Positions 15,006-23,510 of a DNA stretch of 24,000 nt are shown here, one piece after another. The stretch covers positions 262,569-286,568 of the forward strand of contig NZ_BLRL01000002.1 of assembly GCF_015082335.1 (NCBI RefSeq), written 5' to 3'. Numbering within the stretch: position 1 is the stretch's first letter; each line of letters begins with the position of its first letter. This DNA is from Moritella sp. F3 (GTDB lineage Bacteria; Pseudomonadota; Gammaproteobacteria; Enterobacterales; Moritellaceae). The position numbers and the translations under genes are program-made. The notes under the pieces are model-generated. The model made no database searches, was not told the origin of the DNA, and was given only the letters and a program-made list of their open reading frames with translations.

Positions 15006-15272
15006 ATGGTAGTTGATAAACAAGATCAGTGGTTTGCAGAACTCGAAAAAGAAAATAACGAACGTCTGGCTGAGCTTGAAGCAGCAATGCAGGAAGAAGA
15101 TAGGCTACACGTTATAAAATCAGCAAAGATAAAGGTAAAGACCGAAAAATCGGCAGCGTTTCACGCCAAGCACCCAAAACTGAGCTTTTTAAAGCGTTAC
15201 AATATCATCATCATCATGCTGTTGAGTGTATGTGTTACGGCTGGGTTTAATGCAGCGATGTTTCTTGAGTGA
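15006..15272 (+). CDS. Hypothetical small tail-anchored membrane protein (88 aa)
   Basis: It starts 20 nt after the smrB stop, with AAGGTGA upstream. The N-terminal half is charged and coiled-coil-like (ELEKENNERLAELEAAMQEEDRL). There is a single C-terminal hydrophobic helix (YNIIIIMLLSVCVTAGFNAAMFL). I recognise no family. Confidence 0.5.
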   Translation: MVVDKQDQWFAELEKENNERLAELEAAMQEEDRLHVIKSAKIKVKTEKSAAFHAKHPKLSFLKRYNIIIIMLLSVCVTAGFNAAMFLE

Positions 15273-15304
15273 CCTGAAAACTATCCGCACTAAAAAACAG
15301 GCAC

Positions 15305-15332
15305 AAAAAAAGGTTAGTGCGTAACACTAACC
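15305..15332 (-). terminator. Rho-independent terminator of the 65-codon gene
   Basis: The stem is ggttagtg (15312-15319) / cactaacc (15325-15332). On the minus strand it is followed by TTTTTTT (the plus-strand A-run at 15305-15311), 17 nt past the stop at 15349. The upstream segment cgcactaa (15286-15293) can pair alternatively with ttagtgcg (15314-15321). Confidence 0.6.
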
Positions 15333-15348
15333 TCTCAAGCTCAGTCTG

Positions 15349-15546
15349 TTAAACTGCAAATCGTTTAATTTCACGATTCACTTCCGAGACACGCATTTTA
15401 ACATTGTTACCTGCGTTACTCGGCATGATTAACATACCTTGCTGAAACTCTAATAATCCCAAACCTGTGACATACAGAGTTCCACGAAAAAAACTTTTTA
15501 CATATTTTGCGATACGTAACGAGTTAAACTGTTTAAAACTACGCAT
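15349..15546 (-). CDS. Hypothetical small protein (65 aa), orphan
   Basis: A perfect AAGGAG lies 7 nt upstream of the ATG (plus strand ctcctt at 15554-15559), and the gene has its own terminator and a candidate promoter. Sequence: MRSFKQFNSLRIAKYVKSFFRGTLYVTGLGLLEFQQGMLIMPSNAGNNVKMRVSEVNREIKRFAV. It is basic, has one moderately hydrophobic central stretch, and I recognise no family. Confidence 0.55.
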   Translation of the reverse strand: MRSFKQFNSLRIAKYVKSFFRGTLYVTGLGLLEFQQGMLIMPSNAGNNVKMRVSEVNREIKRFAV

Positions 15547-15603
15547 TTAGCACTCCTTTATACGCTTATATAGGTACCATCCAAGTACCCAAACAGAAGC
15601 GGC

Positions 15604-15631
15604 ATAATATACTAACAATAGGGTAATGCAA
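15604..15631 (-). promoter_or_regulatory. Candidate sigma70 promoter for the 65-codon gene
   Basis: On the minus strand: TTGCAT (plus 15626-15631), a 16-nt spacer, then TATTAT (plus 15604-15609). This implies a leader of about 50 nt. Confidence 0.35.
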
Positions 15632-15705
15632 AGGGTTTTAACACTGCATTATCCGTTGTATAAAGTGTAAGCACTAATCATAAAAATAAATAACAAATCA
15701 GTTAA

Positions 15706-16173
15706 CTACTTTATACTCGCTGGTGTTTCTAACCACTTAAAGTGACAATCATTTCCATTCATTTCTAAGCAAGCAATCGCAGATGTTGCGAACGCAGGCA
15801 TATGCTTACCGGCTGTCATCGCTGAGGTTAAATAACTCACCACAGGTAAATGTGAAACCAGCAAGACTGTTTCATAATTATGTTGTGCGACTAACGCCTT
15901 AACATAATCAGCTATAAATTCGGCATCTCCATAAGGTGTAATGTCTTCACATACTTCGACCTTATGTACCGTGAAAAAGTTCCCGATAACATCCCAAGTT
16001 TGTGCAGCACGAATATATGGACTGTGTAATACACAATCTAACGTCGGCTCTATCGCACTTAACCAATCAGCCATATCAGCAGATTGCTGGCGTCCTGTAC
16101 CCGTTAATTCACGTTCCGCATCGCTATTCGCATATAAACCTGCTTGGCCATGACGCATAATATAAATCTTCAT
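15706..16173 (-). CDS. sixA: Phosphohistidine phosphatase SixA
   Basis: At 155 aa it has the N-terminal MKIYIMRHGQA (RHG catalytic motif of the histidine phosphatase superfamily) and VSHLP. Its size and its position next to smrB and prmB match E. coli sixA. Confidence 0.85.
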   Translation of the reverse strand: MKIYIMRHGQAGLYANSDAERELTGTGRQQSADMADWLSAIEPTLDCVLHSPYIRAAQTWDVIGNFFTVHKVEVCEDITPYGDAEFIADYVKALVAQHNYETVLLVSHLPVVSYLTSAMTAGKHMPAFATSAIACLEMNGNDCHFKWLETPASIK

Positions 16174-16479
16174 ACCACCACACTATATTATCAATTGAAG
16201 TCTTGTAGATCTTAACATACTCCAAAAAAACGATTGTATGGTAACGTCACTTGATGACAAAAATATTAAAAACCTCGTCACGCTTATATTTTTCAACATT
16301 TCTTTTAAAAAGTTTTCAAAAAATAATTACTTACCGCGATTTTAGCGCCATACTGATTTATATTATATGTAACGGTATCGTCTATTTCGGTATCTATATT
16401 AAGCTTAAACCTCAGCATTCATTACTGCATTTGTGATTGGCTATACTTTGAAGTCGATCTTATTTAAATTCTCACACTA

Positions 16480-19314
16480 ATGCAGTCATCACATGGAGCA
16501 CTCGCCTTGATAACTAGCCCTAATGATTACAAACAATATCGCCACATCACGCTCCCAAATGGTTTAGTTGTATTACTGATCCAAGATGAACAATGTAAAA
16601 AATCAGCCGCGTCCATGTCTGTTGCCGTCGGTCATTTTGATGATCCACTGCAACATGAAGGCCTCGCGCACTTACTCGAACATATGTTATTTCTCGGCAC
16701 CGAAAAATACCCTAAACCAGGTGAATACCAATCGTTTATTTCCATGCATGGCGGCAGTAACAACGCTTGGACAGGGACCGAATACACCAACTATTACTTT
16801 GACATTAACAACAGCTATTTCCATAACGCGCTTGATCGTTTTGCGCAATTTTTTATTGCGCCCAGCTTTAATGCCGACTTGTTAGAGCGAGAACGCCATG
16901 CTGTTGATTCTGAATATAAGCTCAAGCTTAAAGATGACGTACGGCGTTTCTATCAAGCACATAAAGAAACCGTTAATCCTACCCATCCTTTCAGTAAATT
17001 TTCAGTGGGTAACCTCTCGACATTATCAGATACTGAACACTACACCTTACGCGATGAGTTGTTACGATTTTACCAGCAGCATTACTGCGCCTCTTTAATG
17101 AAGCTTGTGATCCAGTCTGATCAAACATTAGATAAGCAAGAGTACATGCTCAGAGACATGTTTTCAGCAGTACCGAATCGCGGCATCAATGCAGTGCCTT
17201 TAGCTACCCCGCTCTATACCGCAGCACAATTACAGCAGACTATTTGGGTTGAATCCCTTAGCGGTCACAAGAAATTGTATATCTGTTTTCCCTTGGGCAA
17301 TATCCTGCCTTACTACCAGATCAAGCCACTGAGTTATATCAGTCAATTAATCGGTGATGAAACCGAAGGTAGTTTACTGTCATTGCTAAAACATAAAGGT
17401 TGGGTCACAGCACTATCGGCTGGCAGTGGTCAAACAGGCGCCAATTTCAAAGATTATAATGTCATCGTAGGCCTAACCAGTGAGGGCTTTGAACATATTT
17501 CCGATATTGTTAAATGCTGTTTGCAATATATCAAACTGATCGCAGAACAAGGTCTACAGGCTTGGCGTTATGACGAAAAGAAAAACTTCCTAGAACAAGC
17601 ATTTCGCTATCAAGAAAAAATACCTGCAATTAAAAACGTTTCACACCTGTCGCAAAACCTACACATCTATCAACCTGAGCATGTCATTTACGGTGATTAC
17701 ATGATGACAGGCTTTGATATCGAAGCTTGTCGTTTCTTCTTACAGCAGCTTAATGCCAGCAATATGCGTTTAATGGTGTCTGCGCCAAACTTAGAAACAG
17801 ATAAAAAAGCAGCTTGGTATGACACCCCTTATCGTGTCGATGCATTTTCAGCGTGCCAAAAACAACGCTGGGCCGATGTCGAGATGAACGCACACTTTGC
17901 GCTACCGATTAAAAACCTGTTCATGAGCTCATCACTAGAAGCGCTAGCGCTGGATAAAGCCAACCTCAGTGACAAACCAACCTTGATTGATAAAAGTGAC
18001 GGTTTTAAAACCTGGTTTATGCAAGAGCATGAGTTCCATCTGCCGAAAGGGAATATCTTCATTTCCATTGACAGTGAATATGCCATCGCTAATACCCATA
18101 ACATTGCCATGACTCGGTTAGCTGTCGAACTATTGATGGAGCAATTAAACAGCCTCACTTATCAAGCTGAGATTGCCGGTATTAATTACCATATTTATGC
18201 CCATCAAGGCGGCTTTACCTTACATCTTGCTGGCTTTGCTCAGAAACAGCTTGAGTTGTTAAAATTACTCATTGGTCATCGCCACTTACAAGCCGTGGAC
18301 AATGAGACGTTTGCCAGTATTCGTAATCAGCTACTGATTTCATGGGAAAACCACAAACAAGCGAAACCGATCAACCGATTATTTTCAGAATTAACCTCTG
18401 TACTGCAACCCAATAATCCATCGAGCGAGCGCTTAGCCAAAGCCTTGACGAGTATTAAGCAAGAACAGTTACCAGAGTATCTGGAAAAGGTATATCAAAA
18501 CATCAGTGTCGAAGTATTGGTCCACGGTGATTGGCATCAGTCCCAAGCCCTAGAAATAAGCCAATACATCAAAGAAAAACTGCACCCGATAAGTACACCA
18601 GGTAAAGAAACAATTCGTAAACTGGTGGATATTCGTGATACCGGTTCTTTGGTGCATGAAGTCGCTGTCGAGCATAACGATGCGGCGCTGATTGTGTATT
18701 ATCAAGCACCGAAAATATCACCGAAAGAGTTAGCCTATTACAGCTTAGCCAATCATGTGATGTCATCGAAGTTCTTCTATGAGCTGCGCACCCAACAACA
18801 ACTCGGCTATGTCGTCGGTACAGGTAACATTCCGCTTAACCGTCATGCAGGGTTGATGTTCTATGTGCAATCGCCACATACCCCGCCAACCAAGCTACTT
18901 GATGCAATCAATGACTTTATTGATTTCTTCCCATTCGGGATGATCTCGTTTACCGAGCAGCAATGGCAATCGAGTAAGCAAGGCTTAATCTCAAAGCTAC
19001 GCGAACCAGACAGTAATATAAACGGTAAAAGTAAGCGTCTGTGGCATTCGATTGGCATTAAAGATGGCGATTTTAATAAGTCTGATAAGATCGCAGAAGA
19101 ATTAGAGAAAATAGAACGCGTCGACCTTATCCGCTTCATGGTGGAATTAAAGTCTCGCACGTCAGATCGCTTGATCATGGCTACGGCGGGCCCAGTACAC
19201 GCGCAGGATACAGACGTCGATGAATACGAAGAACGCGCTGTAGACAAGTTTGAAGGTACCTATATTACGGATGTAGAAACCTTCCAACAACAGAGTAATA
19301 TCTTTGAGCTTTAA
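16480..19314 (+). CDS. M16-family zinc metallopeptidase (insulinase/pitrilysin type), apparently cytoplasmic
   Basis: It has the inverted zincin motif GLAHLLEHMLFLGTEKYP (HxxEH) and a downstream ERERHAVDSEY Glu. At 944 aa it aligns along its length with pitrilysin-type enzymes. The N-terminus MQSSHGALALITSPNDYK has no signal-peptide-like hydrophobic segment, unlike E. coli PtrA. No obvious RBS precedes ATG 16480. Confidence 0.85.
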   Translation: MQSSHGALALITSPNDYKQYRHITLPNGLVVLLIQDEQCKKSAASMSVAVGHFDDPLQHEGLAHLLEHMLFLGTEKYPKPGEYQSFISMHGGSNNAWTGTEYTNYYFDINNSYFHNALDRFAQFFIAPSFNADLLERERHAVDSEYKLKLKDDVRRFYQAHKETVNPTHPFSKFSVGNLSTLSDTEHYTLRDELLRFYQQHYCASLMKLVIQSDQTLDKQEYMLRDMFSAVPNRGINAVPLATPLYTAAQLQQTIWVESLSGHKKLYICFPLGNILPYYQIKPLSYISQLIGDETEGSLLSLLKHKGWVTALSAGSGQTGANFKDYNVIVGLTSEGFEHISDIVKCCLQYIKLIAEQGLQAWRYDEKKNFLEQAFRYQEKIPAIKNVSHLSQNLHIYQPEHVIYGDYMMTGFDIEACRFFLQQLNASNMRLMVSAPNLETDKKAAWYDTPYRVDAFSACQKQRWADVEMNAHFALPIKNLFMSSSLEALALDKANLSDKPTLIDKSDGFKTWFMQEHEFHLPKGNIFISIDSEYAIANTHNIAMTRLAVELLMEQLNSLTYQAEIAGINYHIYAHQGGFTLHLAGFAQKQLELLKLLIGHRHLQAVDNETFASIRNQLLISWENHKQAKPINRLFSELTSVLQPNNPSSERLAKALTSIKQEQLPEYLEKVYQNISVEVLVHGDWHQSQALEISQYIKEKLHPISTPGKETIRKLVDIRDTGSLVHEVAVEHNDAALIVYYQAPKISPKELAYYSLANHVMSSKFFYELRTQQQLGYVVGTGNIPLNRHAGLMFYVQSPHTPPTKLLDAINDFIDFFPFGMISFTEQQWQSSKQGLISKLREPDSNINGKSKRLWHSIGIKDGDFNKSDKIAEELEKIERVDLIRFMVELKSRTSDRLIMATAGPVHAQDTDVDEYEERAVDKFEGTYITDVETFQQQSNIFEL

Positions 19315-19356
19315 GCTCTTCACTCTAAATCTTAAGTACTAAATTAAAAGCACAAA

Positions 19357-19397
19357 AAAGGCGCTGTCGGTATCCACCCACAGCGCCTTTATTTTAT
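19357..19397. terminator. Bidirectional rho-independent terminator between the convergent peptidase and LysE genes
   Basis: An 11-bp stem, aaaggcgctgt (19357-19367) / acagcgccttt (19380-19390), has an A-run upstream and tttattttat downstream. A U-tract is therefore available on both strands. Confidence 0.8.
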
Positions 19398-19440
19398 CAA
19401 TTTATCGTTAACGCATCTTAACTGCTTCGCGATTAACTCA

Positions 19441-20064
19441 TTAACTACTTAGACCAATAAAGCCACCCAGTGTGATCAGTAGACCACCTGTCGCTTTATT
19501 AATTTTGTCTTGATAACGATTCAACATTTGTTTTAGCGTGCCGCGATTCAGCAAGATAATGAAACACGACCACAGTACGGCTGTTTCTACAAAGATAGAT
19601 AAGCTGATTAATAATTTATCTGACGTTGGTGTTTCAGGTGCAATTACCTGACTGAATGCAGCCACCATAAACATCAATATTTTAGGGTTTAACAAATTAC
19701 ACAATAAGCCATCTAAATACGCTTTTAATGGACGGTAGTTTAACGTACCCGCATCCACTTCAATTTCGCTTTTACCAGCACGCAGTGATTTAATACCAAT
19801 ATAAATAAGGTAAGCAGCACCTAACCAACGTACGACATTGAATAACATTGGGTTGCTTGAGATCAATAATGAAATACCGAATAAACCTAACATCATGTGC
19901 ACAGCTAGACCACTAATGATGCCACCAACACAGTACCAGGCAGCACGTTTAGCATTGAGGCTACCGTATTTTAAAACTAACATCATGTCAGGCCCTGGGC
20001 TGAGCATACCAAAGAAGTTGATAATTAATAAAGACACTATAATTTCGTACATGAGGCTCACCAT
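19441..20064 (-). CDS. LysE/RhtB-family amino-acid (or homoserine lactone) exporter
   Basis: It is about 205 aa with six hydrophobic segments. The N-terminal FFGMLSPGPDMMLV motif and the central LLNPK motif are typical of the RhtB/LysE family. The start is either ATG 20064 or ATG 20052 (MYEIIV). Confidence 0.85.
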   Translation of the reverse strand: MVSLMYEIIVSLLIINFFGMLSPGPDMMLVLKYGSLNAKRAAWYCVGGIISGLAVHMMLGLFGISLLISSNPMLFNVVRWLGAAYLIYIGIKSLRAGKSEIEVDAGTLNYRPLKAYLDGLLCNLLNPKILMFMVAAFSQVIAPETPTSDKLLISLSIFVETAVLWSCFIILLNRGTLKQMLNRYQDKINKATGGLLITLGGFIGLSS

Positions 20065-20069
20065 TCCAT

Positions 20070-20094
20070 TGCGTTACAATTATAATAGAACGCA
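20070..20094. promoter_or_regulatory. Inverted repeat TGCGTT-N13-AACGCA in the LysR-LysE spacer
   Basis: The 6-bp arms at 20070-20075 and 20089-20094 flank an AT-rich core that contains TATAAT on both strands. The repeat lies 6-30 nt upstream of the exporter start. Confidence 0.3.
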
Positions 20095-20120
20095 TATTGA
20101 AATGAATAAAATGACTTCTT

Positions 20121-21047
20121 TTACTCCTCGATAGTCCCATTTGGAATATTGCTACTTAATTGAGCATGTAGTTCGTCACGCAGCCATTTATGCGCCAGAT
20201 CATGGTCAAAACGCGGATGCCAGATGATTGCAGCCTGTAAAATCGGTAATTTAATGGGTAATTTTTTTCGCGTGAACTGCTCGCCAATGATGAGTTTATC
20301 GGCTATCGAATTAGGAATGGTCAATAAATGGTCTGTTTTAGCAATAATACTAAAAGCCGAAGAGTAAGATGGAATGCGTAATGCTACATCCCTAAATAGC
20401 CCCTGCGCCGACAATGCCACGTCAATATCACTGGATTTGTCTGCGCCCGAGGTAATAATACCGTGTGGATATTGGGTGTAATTAGACAGTGTTAATGGCA
20501 CCTGCTCTAACGGATGTCCCTGACGCATAATACACACATAGCTGTCTTGCTCTAGCGGTAAGTACGAAAGGTGTTTATGTTCAGGACGAATGATCGTCGC
20601 GCCTAAATCAATCTCACCACGTTCCATCGCAGCCAAGGTAAACTTATCCCAATACGTCAGGTTAAGTTTAATATTCGGTGCTTGTTGGTATAGGTGCGCC
20701 ACTGCAACTGGCAGAATATAATCGGTCACATAGTCGGTGGAAGCGATCGTAAACTCACGTTGCGATTGCAAAGGATCAAAACCGCCCGTCACTAACAGAC
20801 CATCGATGTTATTTAGGATCTGCGCTAATACTGGTTTTAACTGCTTGGCTTTTTCAGTCAACTGGCTTTTATTATCCATTTTTATCAGCAAGGGATCGGC
20901 AAATATCTCGCGTAATTTAGCCAGGTTTTTGCTCATTGCCGACTGGGTAATAAATTGCCGTTGCGCCGCTGCAGTGACTTGCTGTTCTTGCAACAAGTAC
21001 TGCAAACTGAGTAATAAGTTTAGGTTGATACGTTGTAAATTAATCAT
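20121..21047 (-). CDS. LysR-family transcriptional regulator
   Basis: The N-terminal wHTH INLNLLLSLQYLLQEQQVTAAAQRQFITQSAMSKNLAKLREIFADPLL belongs to the NodD/YidZ-like LysR subgroup. It is 308 aa with a periplasmic-binding-protein-like effector domain. The ATG (21047-21045) overlaps the upstream gene's stop (21042-21040) in ATGATTAA. Confidence 0.9.
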   Translation of the reverse strand: MINLQRINLNLLLSLQYLLQEQQVTAAAQRQFITQSAMSKNLAKLREIFADPLLIKMDNKSQLTEKAKQLKPVLAQILNNIDGLLVTGGFDPLQSQREFTIASTDYVTDYILPVAVAHLYQQAPNIKLNLTYWDKFTLAAMERGEIDLGATIIRPEHKHLSYLPLEQDSYVCIMRQGHPLEQVPLTLSNYTQYPHGIITSGADKSSDIDVALSAQGLFRDVALRIPSYSSAFSIIAKTDHLLTIPNSIADKLIIGEQFTRKKLPIKLPILQAAIIWHPRFDHDLAHKWLRDELHAQLSSNIPNGTIEE

Positions 21048-23493
21048 TTAGCTTTAATTTTAAATCTGCGTTGCCTTCACGATAATCCATTACCACTTTA
21101 AAGCCACAATATTTTGCTAATTTAATCATCCCGGAATTGGTTGGCATGGTGAACCCCACCATGGTTTTTAAGCCCGATTGACGACAAAACTCAATAATCT
21201 TCAACATCAGCGCTTTACCTAAGCCCTGACCTTTCAAATCAGATCGTACTGAAATAGCAAATTCAGCTTCACCACTATCCCAATCAAAGATAGCCCGTAC
21301 AACCCCTAAGGTTTCAGACTGCCCCATCGGATTTTTAGCGCTGGCAATAAACGCCATCTCACGCTCGTAATCAATTTGCGTTAGCATCGCCATTTCGAAA
21401 TGAGTGAACTTAGAACGTGCGCCAAAGTAACGTAAATAACGATCATCAGCGGTAAGTGAAGAATCAAAGACTTGATGCTGCGGTTCATCTTCATGACGAA
21501 TCGGTCTTAACAGTACCCCTTTACCATTTTTCATGGTGTAGATACTTTCCAGCTCTTTCGGATAAGGTAATATTGCTAATTTTTGCTGTGAACGACGACC
21601 ACGTAAACCAATTTTAACGTTTTCAGTCTTGATGTTATATGCCGTACGACCTAATGCTAATGGCTCTAACAAGAGCGATTTAATCATCGGGAAATCAATA
21701 ATCATTTGCGAGATACGGGTTAATATTTCACACAAACCGTCCATGTTTAAACGCACTGATAAACTACGCTCACGGATAATACCTTGCTTGATTGCGCCAA
21801 CAACAAGATAACGTGATAACGCCATGTTTAACGGTGGCAAGGCGACGCCAGCATCTAGATCGATATCCCAATCACCACCTGCTTCACCCAAACAGATAAT
21901 AGGGCCAAACGCTGCATCATCAATGACTTCAATTCTGAATTTATTAATTTCATCGCGTGATAATGTCGTATCAGAGGTAATACCATAAGCGCTGAGCAGT
22001 AAGTTGATCCCCTTTTCATTGAGTTCTTTGACGCCCTTACGCATGGCTTTATCAATCATCATCTTCGCGTCAGTCATCACATCTGGATTTAGATCCGCTA
22101 ACGTTTCTGGTGTTTGAATAAGTTGCTTTTGGTGACGTCTAAATTTAACAATGTAGTTAAACGCATTCACCGCGACTTCTGGTGTGCCATAAGATGGGAT
22201 ACCGGCTTTAATTAACGTCTGGCGGGCAATTCGACCACTTGTTTCACCCATCCATGAAGTGAATATAATCGGGCCTTTTTTATTATTTTTAACGAGCTGT
22301 GGGATCAGTTTTTCAGCTGTCGCCTGACATGACTCAGTCACTTGTGGCGCATGAATAATCAGTAGCGCATCGTACTTTGCATCTTCAAGGACAATATCAA
22401 TCACTTTACTGTATGCCTGCGCATCCACACCACCCAGAATATTGATCGGGTTCATCGCGGTGATTTTACCCGGAAATGCTTTTAACAATTTCTGTTCGGT
22501 TTCATAACTCAGTTCAGCTAACTTACAGCCTGATTTGATTAATACATCGATCGCCATATAGGCAGGCGAACCACCGTTAGAGATGATCAGCATTTTATCA
22601 CCACGTACAGAACGTTTGATCGTGGCAACCGTTTTGATCGCCGACAATAATTCAAACGTATCATTCACTCGGAGCATGCCCGATCGTTGGAATGCCGCTG
22701 TATACGCAGTGTTATAAGATATTTTATTTCGGCGGTCTTGTAATTGTTCGGTTGGCCCACCAATGTTTGAACTTGAACGAACCACCACAATCGGCTTTTT
22801 AAATGCCGCGGCTCTGGCTGCAGACATAAAGCGACGTGTATCGATAATATTATCAACATACAAGGCTATCGATTTAGTAAAACGATCACGACTTAAATAA
22901 TCGATTAAATCAGCAAAGTTCACATCAATACGGGTACCAATAGAAATGAAACAAGAGAAGCCCACACCACGTGTTTCAGCCCAATCGATCATCGAGGTAG
23001 CAAATGCCGCAGATTGAGAAATCACCGCCACATCACCGGCAGGTGGCGCGACGTGAGCGACACTGACATTTAATTTTAACCGTGGGTTCAATACCCCTAA
23101 GCTGCTCGGACCTAATACACGAATATTGTATTTTGCCGCAATCAAGCCGATTTTTTCCCAAGTCTCAGCATTGCCTTCATAGGGTTCGTCACTAAATAAA
23201 ATAACCGCTTTACAGCCTATTTCACCAAGCTCTTTGATAATTTTCGGTGCAAAGCGGATCGGCGTACAAATAGCACCGAGATCGGGCGCTATCGGTAAAT
23301 CACTTGGTTTCTCGTATGCTAAAATCCCACAGACATTATTAGCCTTTAATGATACCGGCATAATCGGACCATCATACTGACTGGCTATTAAATTTTTAAC
23401 GACCCAATAACCAATACTCTCAGTGCTATTTTTAGCACCAATAACGGCTATTGACGAAGGTTCTAATAATGCTTTTATATTCAATTGGGACAT
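21040..23493 (-). CDS. Pat/YfiQ-type bifunctional protein: ADP-forming acyl-CoA synthetase-like N-terminal region plus a C-terminal GNAT acetyltransferase
   Basis: The N-terminal CoA-binding region is LLEPSSIAVIGAKN...GYWVVKNL. Succinyl-CoA-ligase-like blocks follow (VLGPSSLGVLNP, VAVISQSAAF, ISIGTRIDVNFADLIDYL). The C-terminal GNAT region carries LRPIRHEDEPQHQVF and the acetyl-CoA loop RSDLKGQGLGKALMLKIIEF. The overall order matches Salmonella Pat / E. coli PatZ, but at 817 aa versus 886 aa. Confidence 0.85.
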   Translation of the reverse strand: MSQLNIKALLEPSSIAVIGAKNSTESIGYWVVKNLIASQYDGPIMPVSLKANNVCGILAYEKPSDLPIAPDLGAICTPIRFAPKIIKELGEIGCKAVILFSDEPYEGNAETWEKIGLIAAKYNIRVLGPSSLGVLNPRLKLNVSVAHVAPPAGDVAVISQSAAFATSMIDWAETRGVGFSCFISIGTRIDVNFADLIDYLSRDRFTKSIALYVDNIIDTRRFMSAARAAAFKKPIVVVRSSSNIGGPTEQLQDRRNKISYNTAYTAAFQRSGMLRVNDTFELLSAIKTVATIKRSVRGDKMLIISNGGSPAYMAIDVLIKSGCKLAELSYETEQKLLKAFPGKITAMNPINILGGVDAQAYSKVIDIVLEDAKYDALLIIHAPQVTESCQATAEKLIPQLVKNNKKGPIIFTSWMGETSGRIARQTLIKAGIPSYGTPEVAVNAFNYIVKFRRHQKQLIQTPETLADLNPDVMTDAKMMIDKAMRKGVKELNEKGINLLLSAYGITSDTTLSRDEINKFRIEVIDDAAFGPIICLGEAGGDWDIDLDAGVALPPLNMALSRYLVVGAIKQGIIRERSLSVRLNMDGLCEILTRISQMIIDFPMIKSLLLEPLALGRTAYNIKTENVKIGLRGRRSQQKLAILPYPKELESIYTMKNGKGVLLRPIRHEDEPQHQVFDSSLTADDRYLRYFGARSKFTHFEMAMLTQIDYEREMAFIASAKNPMGQSETLGVVRAIFDWDSGEAEFAISVRSDLKGQGLGKALMLKIIEFCRQSGLKTMVGFTMPTNSGMIKLAKYCGFKVVMDYREGNADLKLKLND

Positions 23494-23510
23494 AGTTATA
23501 AGATCGCCTG

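Noticed and set aside
16251-16436. A 61-aa ORF in the sixA-peptidase intergenic region.
   Set aside because: It starts with TTG, lacks an RBS, and lies in very AT-rich DNA where open frames arise by chance. Its product is Ile/Phe/Lys/Tyr-rich low complexity. The region is better explained as divergent promoters.
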